A stretch of 64,000 bases of DNA from Torpedo marmorata (taxonomy: Eukaryota). The position numbers and the translations under genes were made by a program. Of this stretch, positions 1 through 9,639 are shown piece by piece; position 1 is the stretch's first letter; the number at the start of each line of letters is the position of its first letter. The notes under the pieces are model-generated. The model did no database searches, was not told where the DNA came from, and was given only the letters and a program-made list of their open reading frames with translations. Where the stretch lies: positions 1,984,001 through 2,048,000 of the forward strand of contig OZ360219.1 in the NCBI GenBank assembly GCA_977017645.1. Reading direction: 5' to 3'.

Positions 1-422
1 TTTTTTAACCACTTTGTTGGAACTCAGGTAGGCCTGAGGACAATATTAAAGTCACAAGAGGGAAATGGTGTTAAAGGATCAATGCAATTAAGCATTAGGA
101 TTAGGACAGCGGATAGGTAGTCAGAAAGTGAATCAAATTTATTTCCCTCAAGCTGGGGCCTCTGGAAGAAAGCCAAGATCAATCATCCACTCAGCACTTA
201 GAGCTGAAAATAATTCCAAATGCATCAAGCGTGGCTGGCTTTTTGTAACGGTAGAGTGAGCTGATACAGATTGCAGTGGAATATACTTTCTTTTGATGCT
301 GATGGCCCACAGTGCCTCAGTGCTGCTGCCAGATCTGCTCCACATCCATTCCTTTCAGCATGTTATTGGTTCCTTACATGGCAACGAGGCAATCCGCAAT
401 GTGAAGATGAGACTTTGTTCAT

Positions 423-555
423 GAGGTCTTCCGGTCCAGGTCTTCTGAAATGTCTGAGGTCTTCCAGTCCAGATCTTCTGAAATGTCTGAGGTCTTCCAG
501 TCCAGATCTTCTGTAATGTCTGAGGTCTTCCAGTCCAGATCTTCTGAAATGTCTG
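423..555 (+). repeat. 33-bp tandem repeat, ~4 copies, near the 5' end of the PLE fragment
   Basis: Unit tgaggtcttccagtccagatcttctgaaatgtc is repeated directly. Confidence 0.9.
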
Positions 556-1476
556 CCTTCTTCCACAAACGTGGCTTCCCCTCCACCACCATCAACTCAG
601 CCCTCACCCGCATCTCCTCCATTTCCCGCTCATCTGCCCTGGCCCCCTCTGCCCCCAGACGCAACAAACATAGAATCCCCCTCATCCTCACCTCCCACTC
701 CACCAGCCTTCTCATCCAACACATTATCCGCCAGAATTTCCGGCACTTATTACAGGATCCCACCACCAGACACATTTTTCCTTCTCCTCCCCTCTCGGCC
801 TTCCGTAGGGATCGCTCCCTCCGCGATTCCCTCGTGCACTCATCCCTCCCCACCCATCGCACCCCGGCACCTTCCCCTGTGCCCGCAGGAGGTGCAACAC
901 CTGCGCCCATACCTCCCCCCTCACCACGGTCCGGGGCCCCAAACAGGCCTTCTAAGTGAAACTACACTTCACTTGTACATCCAGAGAACTTATTTACTGC
1001 ATCCGGTGCTCCCTTTGTGGCTTTCTCTACATCGGAGAGACCGGTCGTAGATTGGGAGATCGCTTTGCTGAGCATCTCCTCTCCGGCCGCAACAACAGCG
1101 ACCTCCCAGTAGCCAGCCATTTCAATTCCGAGTGACACTCCCACACTCACATGTCTGTCCATGGCCTTATGTACTATCCCACCCAGACTACCCGCAAATT
1201 GGAGGAACAACATCTCATTTTCCATCTGGGCACTCTCCAGCCAGATGGAATTAACGTTGAGTTTTCTGCTTTCCACTAAACCTGCTTGTCGTTCCCTTCC
1301 CCTCCCCCCTCACCTGTCCTTCCAGTTCTTCCACCCACCCAGCCATCCCTCCTCCCCCTCATTGCTGCTGTCCCCTCCCTCCTTTCTCCACCTATCATCT
1401 CCTGCCTTTGCCACCCACCCCCCCCTTCCCCCCCCTCACTCTTTTGTTCGGACGCCTGCCGGCATTTTCTCTTACT

Positions 1477-1504
1477 TTGATGAAGGGCTCAAGCCTGAAA
1501 CGTC
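1477..1504 (+). ncRNA. Minimal hammerhead ribozyme motif in PLE terminal repeat
   Basis: UUGAUGA-A-GGGC-UCAA-GCCU-GAAAC-GUC resembles the CUGANGA/stem II/GAAA/GUC core, with C3 replaced by U. PLEs are known to carry minimal hammerheads. Confidence 0.6.
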
Positions 1505-1677
1505 GGTTATGTATTTCTACCTTTGCTACATAAAAGACACTGTTTGACCTGCTGAGCTTCTCCAGCATTTGTGTTTTTTACTTCAACCACGGTGTCCACA
1601 GATTTTCGTGTTTTACTTTGTCTCCTGTATTGTGTTCACTCCTACCAAAACTGATATGGACAGATGCATCTGCGACA

Positions 1678-2220
1678 GGTAAGAACATATGAAACAGGAG
1701 CAGGCCATTTGGCCCATCGAGCTTGCTCCGCCATTTAATAAGATCATGGCTGATCTGGCTACGGGCTCAGCTCCATCCATCTGTCTTTTGCCCATATCCT
1801 TAATTCCCCTACTTTGCAAAAATATATCTATCTGCATTTAAAATATATTGAATTAGTGGCCTCCACTGATTCCCTGGGCAGAGAATTCCACAGATTCACA
1901 ACTCTCTGTGTAAAGCAGTTCCTTCCTCATCTCTCTGCTAAATCCCTTGAATTGAGGCCATGTTGCCTAGTTCTAGTCTCACTCACCAGTGAAAACAACT
2001 TTCCTGCCTCTATCTTGTCTATCCCTTTCATAATTTTATGTTACTAGAAAATTCCCTCTCATTGTTTTGAATTCCATTGAGCACAGTCCAGGCATTTCAA
2101 TCTCTCCTCAAAGATTAACCCTCTCATCTCTGCAATCAACCTGGTGAACCTTCTCTGCACTGCCTCCAAAGCTAGTATACTTTTTCTCAAGTAAGGAACC
2201 ACAACTGCACACAGTACACT
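1678..2220 (-). mobile_element. CR1 LINE 3' fragment (degenerate)
   Basis: Reverse complement of a typical CR1 3' end (ggccatttggcccatcgag...gatcatggctgatc) and ORF2 C-terminal remnant. Confidence 0.7.
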
Positions 2221-3170
2221 GAATGCAGTAGATTAGTTTGGATGATGTGGATGTAAAGCTCTGCCTCTCCTGGAAGGTCAATGTGTGCCCCGGATGGAGG
2301 TGAGGGGGAAGATGTAGGGATAAGTTTTGCATTTAATATGATTACAAAAGGAAGTGCCTGGTGGAAGGGTGGGTGGGGAGGGAAGGGCAGACCAGGAAGT
2401 CTCAGAGAGACTGATCCCTGTGAAATGCAGAAAGGGATGGCAAGGGGAAGATGTGGCTGGTGGTGGGATCATGGTGAAGTTGGCAGAAGTGTCAGAGGAT
2501 AATTTGTCAGATGAGGAGGCTGGTGGGGTGTATGTTCTGCTTAGAGAGAGATAGATGAGGGCAGGAGTACACAAAATAGGAAGAAACAGGTATGTGCTTT
2601 ATCATTGACAGGAGGGGGTCATCCATGTTTATTAAAGAAAGAATACATTTGGATATCCTGGAGATGAAGGCCTCATCTGGGAACAGATGGGGCAGACGTG
2701 AAGGAATTGGGTGGAAAGGATTCAGTCCTTTCAAGAGACAGCGTAGGAAGAATATAATTTAGGTAGCTGAGAGGGCCAATAGGTTTGTGATAGATAGTTT
2801 GTCTTCTGAGATGGAGACAGAGGTGCAGGCAGGGGAGAGAAGTGTCAGGAACAGCTCAGGTAAATTTAAAGGCGGGTAGAAGTTGCCAGTGAAGTTAATG
2901 AAATTGTCAAGTACAGCACAGGTGCAAGAGGTAGCACCAATACAGTCATCAACATATTGGAGGAAGAGTTGGGGCCTGGTACCTGAGTAGGAGTGGAACA
3001 GGCACTGTTCCAATAACCCAACAAGAATGAAGACATAGCTGGGGCTCATGGGGCCCATGTGGGTACCCATGGCTACTCCCTGGATCTGGAGGACATGGGA
3101 GGTCCCAATGGAGAAGTTGCTAAGGGCAAGGACAAGTTCTGCTAAGCGGAGGAAAGTGTTAGGACACGTT
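2221..3170 (-). mobile_element. PLE fragment (RT to GIY-YIG), degenerate
   Basis: ORF 2759-3271 has QIQGVAMGTHMGP and QYVDDCIG RT motifs; downstream LIYCIQC. Confidence 0.8.
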
Positions 3171-3271
3171 CTTAACTGAACTGAGTTCTTGTAATAACTG
3201 TTTGAAATCATAAGCAGTATGAATTTAACATGATACTTGTAATGCAATAGACAAGCATGAGTTGATAGCAA

Positions 3272-3734
3272 ACAAAAGGTTGGGGTAAGCGGGTCTTTTT
3301 CAGGATGGCAGTATGTGACGAGTGGAGTGCCGCAGGGATCGGTGTTGGGTCCTCAGTTGTTTGTCATTTATGTAAATGATTTGGATGAAGGGATTATTAA
3401 TAACTGAGCAAATTTGCAGATGACACTAAACTGGGTGGCGGTGTAAAGTGTGAGGAGGATGTCAGGAAAATGCAGAGGGACTTGGACAGGTTGGGGGAGT
3501 GGGCTGAAGAATGGAAGATGAAGTTTAATGTGAGCAAATGTGAGGTTATCCATTTTGGGGGCAGTAATAGGAAAGCTGAGTATTATTTAAATGGAGACAA
3601 GCTAGGGAGTGGGGAAGTGCAAATGGATCTGGGTGTACACTGAAGGCTAACATGCAGGTTCAGAAAGCTGTGAAGAAGGCAAATGGCATGTTGGCTTTCA
3701 TAAAGAGGGGATTGGAGTATAGGAGCAGAGACGC
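3272..3734 (+). mobile_element. CR1 LINE RT fragment, left half (interrupted by BEL element)
   Basis: [11 protein letters not shown] and KFADDTKLGG motifs; sequence resumes at 9640. Confidence 0.85.
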
Positions 3735-4339
3735 TATAAGTAACGGTGACTTCGCTCCACCAATAGTCACCTGGAGGCTAAGTGTGGTCCTTGTCTTTGA
3801 CGCGTTTTAATCAATTTACTAACAAAGTCCAATATGTTCAAAAACCTTTATTTTCACACATGATTTGCAGTAATCTTCAATGACTTTAATATAAACAGTT
3901 CTTGTAAACGATGTATGATAAGTTCCTTTAAATAATTCTTTAAACAATTCCAAAATGATATGAAAACACTGTAGAACGATGTAAAAGTTATAAAACGATA
4001 TAAAACGGTCAATAAAGATGTGGAGACCAGACTCACCCTCCATACATCTTTTCCTTTCTTTGTTCTCTCTCTCTCCAATGGCTCTGCGCATGCTCCAACG
4101 CGCATACTACAATTCCCAGCCTCCCACGCGCACAATGACGTCACTCTATACTGCGCATGCGCCCGTCGGCACTCCAGCGCATGCGCAGAGCACAAAACGG
4201 GCTGATAGCAGCCCGCAGACAATGCAAGCACTCCGAACGGGCCGAAGACGGCCCAGCAACAACTACGCGGCGCTCCAAGGTCCGACAAGACATCGGAGCG
4301 CCGCAACAACGGTAAGTAAACGAGCCTACGGCTCTTACA
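3735..4339 (-). repeat. 3' LTR of BEL element
   Basis: Direct repeat of 9035-9639; minus-strand ends TGTAAG...CTTATA. Confidence 0.95.
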
Positions 4340-4554
4340 CCGGCCCCTAATTATTATAATTAGACGTAATGTCTTGAATAATAATTACACTATAAATTAT
4401 AAATAACAATAACCATAATATTCAAAACAATACAAATCTTCTTTCTTCCTTCTTCATAAATCTAGAGTTTACCATAACTCTGATTCAACAAAAGTCTGTA
4501 ACCTGTGAAATATACAACAACAAATAAAGTCAGTTTATATTTATCAAAGTTCCT

Positions 4555-4730
4555 CTGTCTCCAACAAAAGACAGACCTGGTTAATAGGTCTGTTTAGAAA
4601 ACCAGTCTTAGCTTTAATTCGCACTTGACGCACAAGTCCTCTTTGCCTTGAAAAGTCTCAATAATCTTTTCCAAGTAACCAGGAATTTCTTGAAGTTGAA
4701 CCATCCATAACAATCACAATGTCTCTTTAA
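4555..4730 (-). pseudogene. Frameshifted relic of BEL integrase C-terminal (DUF5641-like) region
   Basis: Minus strand reads DIVIVMDGSTSRNSWLLGK / GLVRQVRIKAKTGFLNRPINQVCLLL, the typical BEL pol C-terminus. Confidence 0.75.
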
Positions 4731-4763
4731 AGTTCTTCCATCTTCACAATCCGAGTCAAAACG

Positions 4764-7700
4764 TCAACCAGTAAACCTCAAATCCTCCTCAGACAAAATA
4801 GATACAGTTTTTCTTTTGAATTTAACACAAGGCACTTCTTCAGCACGTCGTTTCACTTTATTCCTTTCTTCAGTGTTCCACTTCTCATGTGAAGAATTTA
4901 AACTCTTAGAATTAGAATTTGAATATTTATCTGATTCTTTCGATTTTAAACAGGTCTGTTTAACCACTCTGGTTTCTATTGCTCTTTCCTGCAATTCTAA
5001 ATCCAATTTCGCAACTTTCAATTCAGTCTCAGTTCTTTCCGAGAAATTAATAATTTGATCTGAAGTCAAAATATCATTTGATACATTGATATTTCCATTG
5101 TCAATCCTGTTGCGACAAACTTGAAATTTTTTAATTTCTTCATCTTGTTTGTTACATTTCTGCAATGCAATATCACATTCTTTCTGTATTGTTAATTGTT
5201 GAACATTCAATTTACATTCTTGATTGGTTTTTAAAGTCAACTGTTTTGTGTTATTAACCAATAACTTGTTCTCTTTCAAAACATTAATCTCTTCCTCCAA
5301 CCTTTTACATTTTGATAATGCTGAATCTCTTTCCTCAATAACTGTATTCATTTCTTCAGCAGTTATTCTTTTCTTCCGCTTTCTGACTTTGCGAGTTTTA
5401 CTTACAATTAAATCTTTCTGTTTACTGTTTTCTTGCTTATTTAATATTTCCAATTCTCCTTTCAACATTTTGTTCTCTGAATCATTATTCTTTATTCCAT
5501 CAGCACAATTTTCTGTGTTCTCCATTTTTACATCACATTGCAATAATTCTTCATTAGCTTTGTCAATTGTAATCTCTGAACTACAAAATCTACATTCAGA
5601 TTTGTTTTCAGTCACTTGTTTTATTCCTGTATTTGATTCAATTACACATGAATGATCAACAGTATTATTTGCAACATCTTCTAATACTTCACTTTCATCC
5701 ATTTCTGACGAAATTAATTTCTTCAATGTTGTTTTAAATACCACTGATTTATTTTTACATTGATCTGTTTTCTTTTCTTCATAAGTGATTTTCTTATTCA
5801 CGGTTTTTTGCTCTTCTCTTAACTCTTCAAATTTCTCAACTGAAATTTTATTAACATTTATCGCTACCTGTTCCTGAGCAATATCATTATTTCTTTCCAT
5901 TGGTCCATTGATTGCCCAACCAAGTATGGTTCTAATAGCGTAAGGTCCATTCCTTTTACTTTCTATTACTTCTTTTGGTACCAAAACCTTTGGCACATCT
6001 GAACCAATCAGCATTTCTATCTCAGAATTAATTTCAGGTAAATAAACCTTCCACAGATAAGCTAAATGATGTATATCACTTTGATGAGGAATATTTCCTT
6101 CGTTCACAGGCATAGTCTTCTGAGTATATACACTTGGAAGATCACAAAATTTTTTGTCATCCAATCCAGCAACCTCTAAGCCTGAAACAATGTTAGTTTC
6201 AACAACCTTTTCTTGTCCCATAGTTTTTAACATAATTCTTGATTTTCTTCCTTGAATATTAAGTTTATTCATTAGTCCTTCCGTGCAAAAAGATGCAGTG
6301 CTGCCTGGGTCTAGAAATGCATATGTTTTTACTATTGCATCTCCTTTCTTGGCTTTGACTTGTACAGGCACTATTGAAAGTTTGCAGTTATCCACACCGG
6401 CCCCAGTAAGACCACTTGTCTGAACCGAGGTTATAACATTATTTTCTGTTGTTTCCTTTGTTTCTGTTTGCTCCTTTTCCAATTCCTTGTTTCTGTTATG
6501 GATATGCAAAATTCTAGGATGTTTAAAATTGCATATGTCACAATTAATTTGCTTCTCGCAGTTTTTACTGATGTGCCCTTTACACAGACAGTTAAAACAT
6601 ATTCCATTTTCCTTTAAGAAAGCGATCTTTTCCTTATGTTCCTTCTTTTCCAATCGTAAACACATTTCTAAAGTATGTCCACCTTTACAGAACAAACAAC
6701 TCTTTTCATTAGGCAAACTTTTCTTTTCCTTATTTATTTTGTCCTTTTCTTTACTTATAACTTGCACATTAGTAGCAAAAGTACTCCTTTTCACTTTCGG
6801 ACTAGACTGTGAATTAGACTTCCTTACATCTTTGCTCATTGAATTATCTCTGGTATTTCCATATAGTGGATCTGTTTCAACATACACTTGTCGTTCAAGA
6901 AAATTTACCAAATCCTTTAAAGTAATTGTTCGACCATAATTTACTTGTAAATCACAAGCCAAATTTCTCCATCTATCCCATACCTTGTAAGGTAATTTTT
7001 CTAAAATGATTCGCATATTACTATGCACATCAAGCTCACGAATACCATCGATTTCTTCCATAGCATTACAACATCCTCTTAAAAACAAAGTATATTCTTG
7101 CAAAGCCTTTACATCATTTTGTTTTATTGATGTCCATTTAAGAGCTTTATCCATATAAGCTAAAGCAATTCGATGTTTGTTGCCAAAATATTGTTCCAAT
7201 AAATCCTTAGCTTTGTCTAATCCTCTTCCTGAAGACATTTGTTTACAACTTTTAACCAGTTCTTTTGGATGTCCCTTTGTGAACATTTCCAAATAATAAA
7301 GACATTCATCTCGATCTTGGCATTTATCTTCAATATTGCGTTTGAAAGATCTCATAAACGATTGATATTGAAGTGGATCACCATCAAAAGTTTGTATCTC
7401 TTTCTTGGGTAAAGAAGAGAGAGACTGTAACTGAAACAATGATGCAGCAATTTCATTTTGTCTTTCCTTGGATGACAATACATTGCTCTGTTCACTGTCT
7501 CGTGTTGTATGCAATGTATCTGGAAACCTTACTGGTGTAGTTTCTTCCATATTTCTGATGCTTGACTTATATAACAAAGAAGCTACTTCGTTCGACCGAA
7601 CCCAAGCCGCAGCTTTGCTTTCAGATGTTATTATTGGTACATGTGACTCGATACCAATATGCTCTTGAAAGGTTTGTCCTTGTATATGTAAGTTTTGTAT

Positions 7701-8588
7701 CCTTGGTTCTAAAATATCTATTCTTTTGGTTGGTTTCTTTTCCTGTGACTCCTTTTTTGAATATGACCTTTTATTATCAGATAATTTAGATAATTTACTG
7801 CTAGCACCAGATACCATTGAGCCTTCTATTGCTTTCTTTTCTGCCTTGGCAATAGCAATGTTTGCTTCCAGCTCCTGCTGTTCTTTTCTCTGCCTTAGCT
7901 GCTCCTTCTCTTGTCTTAGCTGCTCCTTTAGCTGCTCCTCCTTTTGTCTTAGCTGCTCCTTTAGCTGCTTCTCATTTTGTCTTAGCTGCTCCTCCTTTTG
8001 TCTTAGCTGCTCCTTTAGCTGCTCCTCCTCTTGTCTTAGCTGCTCCTTTAGCTGCTTCTCATTTTGTCTTAGCTGCTCCTCCTCTTGTTCTAATATAAAT
8101 TTATCCTTAAGCGTTTTTTGTTGTGCAAGAAGAGTGGCCAATTTAACATCAATCTTTGTACGTGACGACGCAGAACTTGAAGTACGAGAAACTCTGGAGC
8201 TCGAACCAGAACTTCTTTTGCTTCTCCTGCTTTCAGCATTTGAGACACTGTCACTTGCTTGTATTTCGTCCTGCAGTTCATATGTTGTCTTCATACTTAC
8301 CTCTTTATCCAATTCAAATTGTTCATCATTTGTTGATACAATTTCAGCCATTTCCAAGTTATCTTCTTGTTCCACTAATAAAGCTGCCTCTTCATCCTTT
8401 GCCTGCTTCAATCTTTCAATAAGAACCTTTTTATTTCCACTTATGTCCTTTTTCAGTCGCTTCAATTCTTCTTTAATATCCGCAACCTTCATGTCTTCAA
8501 TACGTTGGTCCTCAACAGCAACATCAGCGGTTGCTGCGTCAGCTGCTGATAAATCAGTAGCTGCTGTATCAGTGGCTGCTGCGGCCAT
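4764..8588 (-). CDS. Chimeric SAP - coiled coil - BEL Gag (3 Cys/His knuckles) - aspartic protease - MIPOL1-like coiled-coil polyprotein
   Basis: Uninterrupted ORF (track 4764-8630; good-context ATG at 8588, MAAAATD). SAP-like IEDMKVADIKEELKRLKKDISGNKKVLIERLKQA; Gag TFDGDPLQYQSF; knuckles CLFC..H..C, CFNC..GH..C, CDIC..H..LH; protease AFLDPGS; GPYAIRTILGW. Confidence 0.88.
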   Translation of the reverse strand: MAAAATDTAATDLSAADAATADVAVEDQRIEDMKVADIKEELKRLKKDISGNKKVLIERLKQAKDEEAALLVEQEDNLEMAEIVSTNDEQFELDKEVSMKTTYELQDEIQASDSVSNAESRRSKRSSGSSSRVSRTSSSASSRTKIDVKLATLLAQQKTLKDKFILEQEEEQLRQNEKQLKEQLRQEEEQLKEQLRQKEEQLRQNEKQLKEQLRQKEEQLKEQLRQEKEQLRQRKEQQELEANIAIAKAEKKAIEGSMVSGASSKLSKLSDNKRSYSKKESQEKKPTKRIDILEPRIQNLHIQGQTFQEHIGIESHVPIITSESKAAAWVRSNEVASLLYKSSIRNMEETTPVRFPDTLHTTRDSEQSNVLSSKERQNEIAASLFQLQSLSSLPKKEIQTFDGDPLQYQSFMRSFKRNIEDKCQDRDECLYYLEMFTKGHPKELVKSCKQMSSGRGLDKAKDLLEQYFGNKHRIALAYMDKALKWTSIKQNDVKALQEYTLFLRGCCNAMEEIDGIRELDVHSNMRIILEKLPYKVWDRWRNLACDLQVNYGRTITLKDLVNFLERQVYVETDPLYGNTRDNSMSKDVRKSNSQSSPKVKRSTFATNVQVISKEKDKINKEKKSLPNEKSCLFCKGGHTLEMCLRLEKKEHKEKIAFLKENGICFNCLCKGHISKNCEKQINCDICNFKHPRILHIHNRNKELEKEQTETKETTENNVITSVQTSGLTGAGVDNCKLSIVPVQVKAKKGDAIVKTYAFLDPGSTASFCTEGLMNKLNIQGRKSRIMLKTMGQEKVVETNIVSGLEVAGLDDKKFCDLPSVYTQKTMPVNEGNIPHQSDIHHLAYLWKVYLPEINSEIEMLIGSDVPKVLVPKEVIESKRNGPYAIRTILGWAINGPMERNNDIAQEQVAINVNKISVEKFEELREEQKTVNKKITYEEKKTDQCKNKSVVFKTTLKKLISSEMDESEVLEDVANNTVDHSCVIESNTGIKQVTENKSECRFCSSEITIDKANEELLQCDVKMENTENCADGIKNNDSENKMLKGELEILNKQENSKQKDLIVSKTRKVRKRKKRITAEEMNTVIEERDSALSKCKRLEEEINVLKENKLLVNNTKQLTLKTNQECKLNVQQLTIQKECDIALQKCNKQDEEIKKFQVCRNRIDNGNINVSNDILTSDQIINFSERTETELKVAKLDLELQERAIETRVVKQTCLKSKESDKYSNSNSKSLNSSHEKWNTEERNKVKRRAEEVPCVKFKRKTVSILSEEDLRFTG
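7870..8090 (-). repeat. In-frame tandem repeats encoding E/Q/K/L coiled coil (EEQLRQ/KEQLRQ)
   Basis: Repeated ttagctgctcc units. Confidence 0.85.
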
Positions 8589-9034
8589 TTTACTCGTTTT
8601 GTTCCTCTTTCCTTCAAGCATACACAACACTAGTCAAACAACAGTCCCCAATGGACCAGCGGCAGCAATTCCAATCTGTGTTCTTACTTGCTAAAGATAC
8701 ACAGAAGGAGTCCACAGACTTATGCCTACCACTTCTAATGACTGTAATGTGCTGCAATCCTTAAACGAGTTTCAACCACAACATCCGTCACTAATATCAC
8801 TGATTTTCCAAAAATAGTTTCTCCAACGTATTTATAGGACACTTTATTATAAGATTTGAAGCTTTAAATCCCTCTCTGTCTGTTATTCATGGCAGATGGA
8901 TGTGGATTACAAACTGCCCCCAACTCGAGGCATCTCCAAAATGGCCACCAATTTATATCAGTCCAAAGCACAGAGAGTTTTTTCTATCTTCTTTCCTTCA
9001 AACTTCTGTTCCAAACAGCCAGCTCTTTATTGAC

Positions 9035-9639
9035 TATAAGTAACGGTGACTTCGCTCCACCAATAGTCACCTGGAGGCTAAGTGTGGTCCTTGTCTTTGA
9101 CGCGTTTTAATCAATTTACTAACAAAGTCCAATATGTTCAAAAACCTTTATTTTCACACATGATTTGCAGTAATCTTCAATGACTTTAATATAAACAGTT
9201 CTTGTAAACGATGTATGATAAGTTCCTTTAAATAATTCTTTAAACAATTCCAAAATGATATGAAAACACTGTAGAACGATGTAAAAGTTATAAAACGATA
9301 TAAAACGGTCAATAAAGATGTGGAGACCAGACTCACCCTCCATACATCTTTTCCTTTCTTTGTTCTCTCTCTCTCCAATGGCTCTGCGCATGCTCCAACG
9401 CGCATACTACAATTGCCAGCCTCCCACGCGCACAATGACGTCACTCTATACTGCGCATGCGCCCGTCGGCACTCCAGCGCATGCGCAGAGCACAAAACGG
9501 GCTGATAGCAGCCCGCAGACAATGCAAGCGCTCCGAACGGGCCGAAGACGGCCCAGCAACAACTACGCGGCGCTCCAAGGTCCGACAAGACATCGGAGCG
9601 CCGCAACAACGGTAAGTAAACGAGCCTACGGCTCTTACA
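9035..9639 (-). repeat. 5' LTR of BEL element
   Basis: Direct repeat of 3735-4339; CpG-rich with NRF1-like and CRE motifs. Confidence 0.95.

Larger units (their letters stand above)
395..1616 (+). mobile_element. Penelope-like element (PLE), 5'-truncated: post-RT region, GIY-YIG endonuclease remnant and terminal repeat
   Basis: ORF 450-959 has PLE-type sequence (FFHKRGFP..RIPLILT..AFRRDRSLRDSLV). GIY-YIG motif LIYCIRCSLCGFLYIGETGRRLGDRFAEH at ~990-1080. The 3' region is near-identical to 61884-62020 (minus). Confidence 0.85.
3735..9639 (-). mobile_element. Non-autonomous BEL/Pao LTR retrotransposon, very recent insertion
   Basis: 605-bp LTRs in which I found 2 differences. 5-bp TSD GACGC (3730-3734, 9640-9644). 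PPT-like AGGGGCCGG before the 3' LTR. BEL Gag/protease ORF and integrase C-terminal relic; no RT/RNase H/integrase core. Confidence 0.92.

Noticed and set aside
3819-4350. Short ORFs duplicated at 9119-9800
   Set aside because: They lie within the LTRs and have no recognisable motifs.
4764-5850. env-like gene in BEL element
   Set aside because: No signal peptide or transmembrane segment; hydrophilic coiled coil fused in frame to Gag-PR.
7726-8694. 322-aa Ser/Cys-rich plus-strand ORF
   Set aside because: Antisense shadow of the repetitive BEL ORF.
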